From the NCBI GenBank assembly GCA_950097015.1, contig CATNEN010000038.1, positions 18,414,001 to 18,478,000 on the forward strand: a DNA stretch of 64,000 nt. The letters run 5' to 3'. This DNA comes from Macrostomum hystrix (Eukaryota; Animalia; Platyhelminthes). Shown here in pieces: positions 43,201 to 55,200 of the stretch. Both the position numbers and the translations under genes were made by a program. How positions within the stretch are numbered: the first letter of the stretch is position 1; each line of letters starts with the position of its first letter. The notes beneath the pieces are model-generated. The model saw only the letters and a program-made list of their open reading frames with translations. It searched no databases and was not told the DNA's origin.

Positions 43201-46200
43201 GATTCATTGATGATCACATGGGATAATGTCAGATTCGTTGATGATCACATGGGATAATGTTAGATTCATTGATGATCAAGGGGATAATGTCAGATTCATT
43301 GATGATCACATGGGATAATGTCAGATTCATTGATGATCACATGGGATAATGTTAGATTCATTGATGATCACATGGGATAATGTCAGATTCATTGATGATC
43401 ACATGGGATAATGTCAGATTCATTGATGGTCACATGAGATCATGTCAGATTCATTGATGATCACATGGGATAATGTCAGATTCATTGATGATCACATGGG
43501 ATAATGTCAGATTCATTGATGATCACATGGGATAATGTTAGATTCATTGATGATCACATGGGATAATGTCAGATTCATTGATGATCACATGGGATCATGT
43601 CAGATTCATTGATGATCACATGGGATAAAGTCAGATTCATTGATGATCACATGGGATATTGTCAGATTCATTGATGATCACATGGGATAATGTTAGATTC
43701 ATTGATGATCACATGGGACAATGTCAGATTCATTGATGACCACATGGGATAATGTTAGATTCATTGATGATCACATGGGATAATGTCAGATTCATTGATG
43801 ATCACATGGGATAATGTCAGATTCATTGATGACCACATGGGATAATGTTAGATTCATTGATGATCACATGGGATAATGTCAGATTCATTGATGACCACAT
43901 GGGATAATGTTAGATTCATTGATGATCAAGGGGATAATGTCAGATTCATTGATGATCACATGGGATAATGTCAGATTCATTGATGATCACATGGGATAAT
44001 GTTAGATTCATTGATGATCATGAATAATTTATGAAGGCGAAAAACCGGCCTTAATTTGTATCTTATTTTCAATCCAGCTGCAGCACCAGCAGCAGCAATT
44101 AGCGGCAAGGCGATGGAGTTAATATCTACAGCCGCTGCTGCCTACGGTAGCGAATGTTCTATAGCGCGTCCTAGTGGCACTGCCGTTTTATCCGACTTTA
44201 CAGTTCATTGTCAAGAATATTTCACTACTATATTACCGTCGGGCAAGAAAGCTAATGTGAGTAAATCCTGTTTCTGGTAACTGTATAGACATGTTAACAG
44301 CAACCGCAAACCAATAAATTTGTTTACCTTCAAATTGACTAGTTTCTGCTGCACAAGCTACAATATCCACCAAATTAAAACGGTATAAAAAGTTTATCTA
44401 TTCACACTTGGCACAGGAGACGCATCCGTTTGCTTATCACTTTGACTACAGCGCTAATGGAGGCGAAATTGTTAACGCCTACTCTGGACAGTTGCCAGAG
44501 TTCGGGCTTCGACTGCCAGCTGGTTTAGGTAAGTCCCTGATCATTCTCGCTTACTTCTGAGTCGATGCCGCGATACTTCTGGGAACAACCGCAAAGATAT
44601 GTCTTTGTAACTTATCGTATAATTTAGGCCTACAAAGGGCTAACCAAATGGCACAGTGGGTGTACACAATTTCACAACGAAAAAATATTCTTCTGGGTGA
44701 GTTTATCCTCGATACTGTCGCTAAAATAAAGGGGAGGCTTTCATAAGACCGAAGCTTCACAAGACCGAAGCTTCACAAGACCGAAACTTCACAAGACCGA
44801 GGCTTCATAAGACCGAAGCCTCATAAGACCGAAACTTCACAAGACCGAAACTTCACAAGACCGAAGCTTCACAAGACCGAAGCTTCATAAGACCGAAGCT
44901 TCACAAGACCGAAGCTTCATAAGACCGAAGCTTCACAAGACCGAAGCTTCATAAGACCGAAGCTTCATAAGACCGAAGCTTCATAAGACCGAAGCTTCAT
45001 AAGACCGAAGCCTCATAAGACCGAAACTTCACAAGACCGAAACTTCACAAGACCGAAGCTTCATAAGACCGAAGCTTCATAAGACCGAAGCCTCATAAGA
45101 CCGAAACTTCACAAGACCGAAACTTCACAAGACCGAGGCTTCATAAGACCGAAGCCTCATAAGACCGAAACTTCACAAGACCGAAACTTCACAAGACCGA
45201 AGCTTCACAAGACCGAAGCTTCATAAGACCGAAGCTTCACAAGACCGAAGCTTCATAAGACCGAAGCTTCACAAGACCGAAGCTTCATAAGACCGAAGCT
45301 TCATAAGACCGAAGCTTCATAAGACCGAAGCTTCATAAGACCGAAGCCTCATAAGACCGAAACTTCACAAGACCGAAACTTCACAAGACCGAAACTTCAC
45401 AAGACCGAAGCTTCATAAGACCGAAGCTTCACAAGACCGAAGCTTCATAAGACCGAAGCTTCACAAGACCGAAGCTTCATAAGACCGAAGCTTCATAAGA
45501 CCGAAGCTTCACAAGACCGAAGCTTCATAAGACCGAAGCTTCATAAGACCGAAGCCTCATAAGACCGAAACTTCACAAGACCGAAACTTCACAAGACCGA
45601 AACTTCACAAGACCGAAGCTTCATAAGACCGAAGCTTCATAAGACCGAAGCTTCACAAGACCGAAGCTTCATAAGACCGAAGCCTCATAAGACCGAAACT
45701 TCACAAGACCGAAACTTCACAAGACCGAAACTTCACAAGACCGAAGCTTCACAAGACCGAAGCTTCACAAGACCGAAGCTTCACAAGACCGAAGCTTCAC
45801 AAGACCGAAGCTTCACAAGACCGAAGCTTCACAAGACCGAGGCTTCATAAGACCGAAGCTTCATAAGACCGAAGCTTCACAAGACCGAAACTTCACAACG
45901 CCGAAAACTCTTGCACTGTCTTTGATAAGACCGAAGCTTCATAAGACCGAAGCTTCACAAGACCGAAGCTTCACAAGACCGAAGCTTCACAAGACCGAAG
46001 CTTCATAAGACCGAAGCTTCATAAGACCGAAGCTTCACAAGACCGAAGCTTCATAAGACCGAAGCTTCATAAGACCGAAGCTTCATAAGACCGAAGCTTC
46101 ACAAGACCGAAGCTTCACAAGACCGAAGCTTCACAAGACCGAAGCTTCATAAGACCGAAGCTTCACAAGACCGAAGCTTCACAAGACCGAGGCTTCATAA

Positions 46201-49200
46201 GACCGAAGCTTCATAAGACCGAAGCTTCATAAGACCGAAGCTTCACAAGACCGAAGCTTCATAAGACCGAAGCTTCACAAGACCGAAGCTTCACAAGACC
46301 GAGGCTTCATAAGACCGAAGCTTCATAAGACCGAAGCTTCATAAGACCGAAGCTTCATAAGACCGAAGCTTCATAAGACCGAAGCTTCATAAGACCGAAG
46401 CTTCATAAGACCGAAGCTTCATAAGACCGAAGCTTCATAAGACCGAGGCTTCATAAGACCGAAGCTTCACAAGACCGAAGCTTCACAAGACCGAAGCTTC
46501 ATAAGACCGAAGCTTCATAAGACCGAAGCTTCATAAGACCGAAGCTTCATAAGACCGAAGCTTCACAAGACCGAAGCTTCATAAGACCGAAGCTTCACAA
46601 GACCGAAGCTTCATAAGACCGAAGCTTCACAAGACCGAAGCTTCATAAGACCGAAGCTTCATAAGACCGAAATTTTACGAAACGCCGAAAAGTAAAAATG
46701 CAGAAGGAGAGTGCAAGAATTTTCTGCGTTGTGAAGTTTCGGCGTTGTGAAATTTCGGTCTTCTGAAGCCACCCCAAATAAAGACTTTCCTTTGTCTGCT
46801 TTTGAATTTCTCATTGTCGGACTGTGTACACACTTCACTATCTATGCCATCAGGTTGGGATTGTACCCAATCTAATGGTGGCCATTGTAACTACAACCTA
46901 ACCCGCAGTGTCTGTAAACGTCACAGTGTGCTCAGCGTTCGGCTTCTGCAACACTGTCTGCAACTTCCGCGTTTCCGTTGAGCCGCTAAATCTTAAAGAG
47001 CAGTCGATTGTGAATCAGACTGAAGTTCTGTGAGTTTCGAAATTATTTTAATTAGAAATTTTAATTGCGTGCTGGCAGCGGTGGGATGACGCATGTTGAA
47101 GCTATATTTTTATAAAAGTTTTTAGATATTGTTTGCTCTCCATTTGCCACCGCATTCGACCTGTTTGTCGTCTCTCTGGAGAATTCGGCGTGCTTCTAGC
47201 TTGTACAGTTATATTTTTCTCAGCTATATTTTTCCTGGTCTTCCTATACAAAATCGTTGGCTGTGAAATCCTAAAGAGGCCCGGCTTTTCTGGGTGCCAT
47301 TCGGTGCCATCCTGGCCTTCAATGGCTCCCCTTCGCTCTGCTCTCACATCCGCAATTCTGATAGCCTCTCATCTCAGCCTTTTTTTAAAGAGAAAATCGA
47401 ATTTGCAATTTAAATTTTTGCCTTGTTGTTTTTATATCACTCTATTTGTCGTGTATGTTTGCTCGATTTCAGACTAGCAGACCCGTGTCCCTCCCTGTCT
47501 GTCTCTCTCAACTCCCACTTGAATTTATCCTGGATTCCCTTATTCCACTCCGTGTCTCATCCACTCTTCTAAGTCGCGAATTGACGCAGGGGTTGGTCCT
47601 CTCAGTATAGGCCAACATTTTACTATCTAAATTTGAGAACTAAATCCTTTGCGTATCCACGAGTATGCATCTTGTCTCTCAGTATCCGAGCAGTTTTTAG
47701 TCCACTTGCGAATTTGATGGTCCGCAATCGATTCCAAATGGATCCATCTGGATTATAGATGACAAATTTTGGCAGATGATGCCTTAAACTAAGTGTACTG
47801 AATGATGGCTGCAAGCTCAGATTGTGTAAGAATTTGATGCATTGGATTGAAACAAAACAGGCTTTTTTGCATTTTTTCGTTTTGATTTATAATTCATTCT
47901 GTCTTTATTGGCAAAAAACTGATTTGAAAGAAATGTATTGTATTCTTATTTCTCTTTGACGTTCGAGAATTGATTTCCAAGAAATGTCCCAGCTATAGTT
48001 TCAAATAACCTGTCTTCTTCCTCTCCTTGATCGCGGCTTTTTTTTAGATTAGCTCTCGTCAGTTGACGAAAAACTAGAAATTTGAGCTGTCTTCTACGCT
48101 TTCAGAATCTAATATGAAGCCCTGTAGCAGACATTGTCCCCTCCGGCCTGTAAAATCTTAATAAGAATGAGCAACTCGAGAAACTCAAAATAAGAAATCA
48201 AAGCGATTTCAGAGAGATCGACAACTAACAAATCAGAGATAACGGAGAGACGGCTGTCTCTTTCTCTAGCCCTGCCTTTCCTCTGTCGCTTATTATTTTT
48301 TTTACATTTCTCTAACCAGTCTCCAAGGCCCCATCTGTTCCTCATCTTCTTAGCCATTCTGTTTGAGTGCTTCTAGCCCCCATACCCAGCTGCAAGACAG
48401 TCGATTTCTGTCTTTCCAGAAATGATGTTGACAGTTAAGTGACGGGCGTGTGTGTGTGTGTGTGTGAGTGTGCTGTCAGGAGATGGATGCGCGCGAACTA
48501 TCTGGACTCGGCTAGCTGCATGAAAATCTCATGGCCAAACTCGTGGCATGAGCAACAGGTTTTTTTAATGACAATCAGTTTAAATTTCGTGTATATACGC
48601 AGACTTTCAGAGAGAGACACAAAATTTTCTAGCCAAATTATTGACTCATCGATTTTAGCTTTCTAATACTCATTCGGGCCATAACTTGTCTTCTTTTTCT
48701 CTACCTCCCCGCCTGGATTCCCAAACTTTTGTTCACCTTCCTCACCTGTCTATCCTGGCGAAAGGAAGTGTTTTTTCTCTTCTCTTTTTCTTAATTCGCT
48801 TTCTTTCCTAGTCCGCTCCGGTTTTGATGCTGCCAGCCAATCGGGAGCCTTCAACTCCCCAAACACACCAACCGTTCTCCCCTTGCTCCACAATATGGTC
48901 AACCAGTAGCTTGGCAGTGTTTTTAGGGGATGTCTCACTTAGGTTGGGGAGGCGGTTTTTGGGGATTAGGATTGGGATTGTCTCGCATTGGTGCCTGCTG
49001 CTGCTGCTGCTTCTTCTCCCCTAAAGCAGCTTTCATGAGGGTTAGAGGATTTTAGAAGTAAGCGAGGCGGGTAGAGAAGTCCCATTTTCGCGCAGCTACT
49101 CCTTCTCCCCCAATCTCTCCCTCCCTCTCCCCCACTCCCAAGCGATTCTTTCCCCGCACTTCCACCCCAACCTCCGGGGGGTCGACTCTTAAGGATTCAC

Positions 49201-52200
49201 TATTTAAATGCCGGTTCCCGCGTCGCGCTTTCGTTTCGCTTCCGTCCCCTAGCTCCCGCGCTTGAGTCGTCTCAAACCCAAACTCTTTCAAACCCAAACT
49301 GAAACCCAAACAAAAAAACTATTTTTTTGTTTTACTACTTGCAGTCGACCATTTTCCGGCAGTCAACTGGAGCTGGAAGCGGCTAGTCTGAATACAGCCT
49401 GGCTGTATCAGGTTGGTCGACTAATTTGGTCCGACTTTGCCAACCAACTCGATGGCAACTTGTTGGCTAATGTCACTGGGCAGTGGTTGAATGCAATTTC
49501 AATTGTGGCGCCTTACGCTGTCAAAGCTAATCAGGTGAGTCAGTGTTTGAGTCTAGTTAGTTATTGTCAATTGTAAGTAAAATTGATTTTTCTCATCTTT
49601 CTTCAGACTGATCAACTTGTCAGCCTACTGGCCAGACTTTTATCAACTGCAAAAACAACTGCTATTACAGTAAGTCAACGCATTCAGCTATCTTGATTGC
49701 TTATAATATTATTGATACCTGTTACTCATCTGTGCCAACGCTTCAGCTGCCCTGCCATCATGTACCATCCGGCTTGGCTCTGGCCAATCAGATCAATTCA
49801 ACAGACATCGCCCAGCGTCTGCTAGTTGAACTCCTTCTGCCAGCAGCTTCCGTCTGCCAGCGAATGTCTGGCGACACTCTGGCAGTATTGGATCATCTGC
49901 TGCAGCGGCTGCTGCTGCTTCAACCGCAGCCATCGACACCGCTAAGCTACGAATCCGCTAGCATGGTTCGGTGTAGATTAACATCAAACTCGTCAAAGTT
50001 TGTCAGCCTAGGCAGGGCTGGTACACCATGGTCCGACATTCTCGTCAGCTTGTCGGCATCATCAATCAGTCCGTTTGGCTGTTCAGTAGCCCAGCTAACC
50101 GCTCTGCCCGCAACAATGTTTCCAACTAGTGTCGTCTACAAATCAATCAGTTTTCCCTTTGTAGAGGTAAGTAATGGTTCTATTAACTGTGCGGACAAAT
50201 TTATCAATCTTTGTAAGCTTTAATTAACTTTGATTTTTTGTAATTCTTAGATGGCTACGCCAGTTGTGGCCGATGTTCGCGTGAACTGCTCAGCAGACAG
50301 GCCGATAACAGCAGCTGAGCCATTGGTTGGAATCCAGTTCAATAAACTACTCCGATCTGCTAGAAATCAGGTAATGATATTATTTTTCTTCTTGAAAAAC
50401 AGTCAATAATTTCTATATCATCCAAGACTAAATGAATTTCAGGCCTCTGAGTTTGCTGGTACTGTCAAGCGATTTCATCGCACCTCCGCCGACCTGTCAA
50501 TCAACTACGGCGGCAATTTCAACACCGGCTGGTTGGAGATTCGCCTTCGTTGTCCGCCGTTGGCCGCCACCTTCGCCTCATTCGACATGGAAGCGGTCAT
50601 CAATTACAGGTACGCTCTCGTTGTTAAAATGATCGCCCTAACAATAATCATAGCCCGTCAAATGCCTCAGTCAGAGTTTGCAGCCTGAATGTTTGACTCA
50701 AGCCGAAGCTATAAACATAGTTGATTATATTCGGTGAGCAAATTTTCAGGTTGTAAACCGGCGGCTTTTTCGTCTGTTAGCCCAATTCACATCCTCGTAC
50801 TTTACCTGAATTTTCTACCCCATTGTCATTGATTTGTTCTATTGAATGTTGTGATTTGCGAATGTATAAAAGTGTCGTTTTTATTAAATATATGACAAAA
50901 TTAATATTGAAAATGCTAGCAAATTCTCTAAATTGAGAATTAAAAAAACTCTTTATTGTTAATAACTTATTTGTGTAACATTTTGGTCAGATTAAAGTGG
51001 ATTAGTAAGTTTGATCTATCAAAGCTGCGTTGAATGGTTAACAATGTCACACAGATCGAAAGTCAGTTTTCACAACTGAGCAGAGTTTAATTCTATTTCA
51101 TTCTTTTTGTTTTAATCGATTCACGAAGTTAAGGCAAGACTTTCTGAATCTTTATAGGACTATTAGAAACTTTTTTATTTAGAGTGTGCTCATGATGAGC
51201 TCAAAAAAACTATATTTCCATATTACTGCTGCGTTGAGCATAGTTAAGCCGCATGAGAGAGATTCAATATAAATGAGGCACAGCGAAATTTTGATAGGAA
51301 AAAATAATAATAATAGTATAGTTGACTGTAAAATATAGAAACATAAATTACGATGCGCCTAATAGATCGGCGAATGGTTTATTGGTAAGGCAAGGGAAGG
51401 AGTGAAAGGGGAAATGTGGAGAAGGAAAGAGCGACAGAGAATGGGGTAGAAAGAAGAGAGAAAGAAAACTGAGGATAGAGAAAGGGGAAGAAAAAGAGTA
51501 GAGAGAGGGGGAGAAACAGAGCAGTCGAAAAGACGAGAGAGAGAGGGAATAATAATAATAATATTAATAATAATTGCAGGAGGGCTGCGGGCAATGGCAC
51601 ATCGTTTACTGACACTAGACCCGCAGCCAGCGAGGAGGCAGTTCTGCCCATTTCGCTGACTCCTGAGCACACACGCACACAGATACTGTACGCAGGCATA
51701 CGCTCACACAGGTGTGTACATCTGCCCTGACTTTCTCATCGTCAGGCAGTGTACACTCCACTGTGCCTTGGAGGCTGGACCTCAAGGGCGTAAATTGCAC
51801 GACAAGCCTCCAAGCCTTTTCTCCGCGGCTGCGCCCCAAATAAACGTGGCCTCGCCGTGGAATCGAACTTAGGGACCGTGGTGCGTGAGGCGAACGCGAT
51901 AACCGCTCTGCCATGCACCAACTCCCTAGGAGAGATAGTGGAGAAAGAGAACGAAAGACAGAGGAAAAAAGAAGAGAATATACAAAAACTAGAAGACAGA
52001 GGCGCTGAAGAGACAGAAGAAGGCAACCCACTTGCTTCAGGAATGTTCTCGATAAGGGCGCAACCTGTCTCTTCCCTTTCTCAGTTCCCACTTTCTCTGT
52101 CTGCAAAGTCTGCTTCAAGGACATCTTTCTGATTTTCTATCCCCATACCTTTAGTCTTCTTCTGCAGTGTGTCAATTCAACCGTGCAAAAGAGGTTCGGC

Positions 52201-55200
52201 TCAGTGTGAGCTATAAGCCCCTTATGGCCCACTCAGAAATCGCCGAGATCTGAGTCTAGCTGGCATTCGTTCCTTCCTGTGCTTCATTCTTTGCTTCATA
52301 GCCATTGAGATAGATTGAGATTATACTCATAGCATGGCTAGCTGCAACTCTTAATCCAGAAAGCTGCGTGTTATCAGGAGGCAGGGCGACACAATTAATA
52401 ATATAGCGAGTGATTAGACATGATTAGAAATGCATGATGCATGCTTGCGTTGCTGAGTGTAGAGAATGCTATTCGGAAAAAGCTCGAAATCTTTTGAATC
52501 TTTCGAGTATTTCATTCTATCCGTGAAGCCCTTTGCTGCTCTAAAATAAAGTATGGGGCGATAGTTTCAGTGTAACAGTATTATTTTTGCTCACTATTTC
52601 CTCACTATTTCTCATCTCTCTTTCTCTTCCCAACTGCTTTCATATATAGTTGCCTTTTATTTCAGACAGGAAGTCAGCCATCATAGTTTTGCTAGGGCCA
52701 GTTCGTGACACGACTCGATGTAGGGTAAAAAATGTCGTGCCTGCTATTAGCCTTTTTTGTTAATCCCCAGATTCTCTACAACAACCGACGGTTCGAGGTT
52801 CGGGGTGGGTGATATCATTCTATATTTAGCATTGGCGATTTTTCCCTACATCTGATTCTAACGCCAGTTGGGAGCATGCCCGACTCGCTATCTAGTCGAT
52901 TTTCCCCTACATCTGATTCTAACGCCAGTTGGGAGCATGCCCGACTCGCTATCTAGTCGATTTTTCCCTACATCTGATTCTAAAGCCAGTTGGGAGCATG
53001 CCCGACTCGCTATCTAGTCGATTTTCCCCTACATCTGATTCTAACGCCAGTTGGGAGCATGCCCGACTCGCTATCTAGTCGATTTTCCCCTACATCTGAT
53101 TCTAACGCCAGTTGGGAGCATGCCCGACTCGCTATCTAGTCGATTTTCCCCTACATCTGATTCTAACGCCAGTTGGGAGCATGCCCGACTCGCTATCTAG
53201 TCGATTTTCCCCTACATCTGATTCTAACGCCAGTTGGGAGCATGCCCGACTCGCTATCTAGTCGATTTTCCCCTACATCTGATTCTAACGCCAGTTGGGA
53301 GCATGCCCGACTCGCTATCTAGTCGATTTTCCCCTACATCTGATTCTAACGCCAGTTGGGAGCATGCCCGACTCGCTATCTAGTCGATTTTCCCCTACAT
53401 CTGATTCTAACGCCAGTTGGGAGCATGCCCCGACTCGCTATCTAGTCGAATTTTGTTAGATTTTCTAACATCTAGGTAGATAATCCTTAAAATGTGCTAG
53501 ATTATCGAATATTTAGGCTGACTTCTCAGAGAGTCACTGTTTAAATCAGGTACTGAACTATGTTGTCCCATAATATATTACGTAATCGTTTTTTGTGTTA
53601 ACAATCATAAAATTAGTAATTATTGATTACACCTGCCCCAAGTATGGTCAGATGTGCAGCCGAGACATCACAGCCGCAGCTATTGCATCTGAAGGCTGCG
53701 TATCATGGACTGGGCGGGACATCATACCCCCCAGGTACCCATTTAACAGCTCGGTGAAGATTATCCCAAAACTAAGTAGATTATCCCATAAGTCAAGTAG
53801 ATTATCCCAAAGCTACCTAGATTATCCCATAAGTCAAGTAGATTATCCCATAAGTCAAGTAGATTATCCCATAAGTCAAGTAGATTATCCCAAAGCTACC
53901 TAGATTATCCCATAAGTCAAGTAGATTATCCCATAAGTCAAGTAGATTATCCCATAAGTCAAGTAGATTATCCCAAAGCTACGTACATTATCCCATAAGT
54001 CAAGTAGATTATCCAATAATTCAAGTAGATTATCCCAAAGCTACGTAGATTATCCTATAAGTCAAGTAGATTATCCCATAAGTCAAGTAGATTATCCCAA
54101 AGCTACGTACATTATCCCATAAGTCAAGAAGATTATCCCATAAGTCAAGTAGATTATCCCAAAGCTACGTAGATTATCCCATAAGTCAAGTAGATTATCC
54201 CATAAGTCAAGTAGATTATCCCAAAGCTACGTACATTATCCCATAAGTCAAGAAGATTATCCCATAAGTCAAGTAGATTATCCCAAAGCTACGTAGATTA
54301 TCCTATAAGTCAAGTAGATTATCCCACAAGCCAAGCAGATTATCCCATAAGCCAAGCAGATTATCCCAAAACCAAGCAGATAATCAAATGTATCCAAGTA
54401 AATAATTCTATAGCGAATTTGATTATCCCATAATCAAAGTAAATTATCCCATTAACCAAAGATTAAACAAATATTTTTTTGTAGATAGAAATAGTAGATT
54501 CCATTGAGACTATGAAAGCTGTTAAAATAGTTTTTTTGATGTAGACTGTCAACAATGTCTGAGTGCTATTTCTGATCCAATTAATCTATAATGTTTCGAC
54601 TTTATAATCGTATTTTTTGAAGTTTTGCACGCAAGCAAAGCGGACATTGATTATTCTATTTTAATCCTTATTACGTAACACCCGGTCAAGCGGTTGCCTT
54701 AACTGATTTTATTATCCAAACTCCCCTAGGGGAATCCACAGATTTCCTGTTGTGCTGGTTTTGATTTTTATTCCTAATTTTTTAGATTAAACTTCTAATC
54801 CCACGATCAAAGCTTTTGTTTGCTGATTTTTAGCAATAAAGAGGCTCTTCAAATTATTCGTGATTGCTTATTGAGCGGCTTGCAGTTTCCCAAACTTAAG
54901 TCTCGTGTCCCGTGTCCCGTATATTACTTATTTTCTGACCCAATATGTTAACTTTAGAGTAGGAAATGGGGAGAGAAGAACGGGGATCTGAGATTAAAGA
55001 ATAGCGAGGATCAGATAGAGGAAAAGAATGGGGATCTAAGAATGGAGAAGATCTGGAGATGGGAAAAATGGGGATCTGAGATGGGAGCAGAATCATGAGG
55101 ATCTGAGATGGGGAGAAGAATAGGGATCTGAGAGAAGAGAAGAATGGGGATCTGAGAAAGGAGAACACTGGGGATCAGACATGGTAAAAATGAGGATCTG

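Noticed and set aside
46854-46908. Upstream acceptor for exon 20
   Set aside because: Gives a frame that hits TGA near 46980
52836-53449. CRISPR-like regular array with hairpin
   Set aside because: No unique spacers, no cas genes, eukaryotic intron
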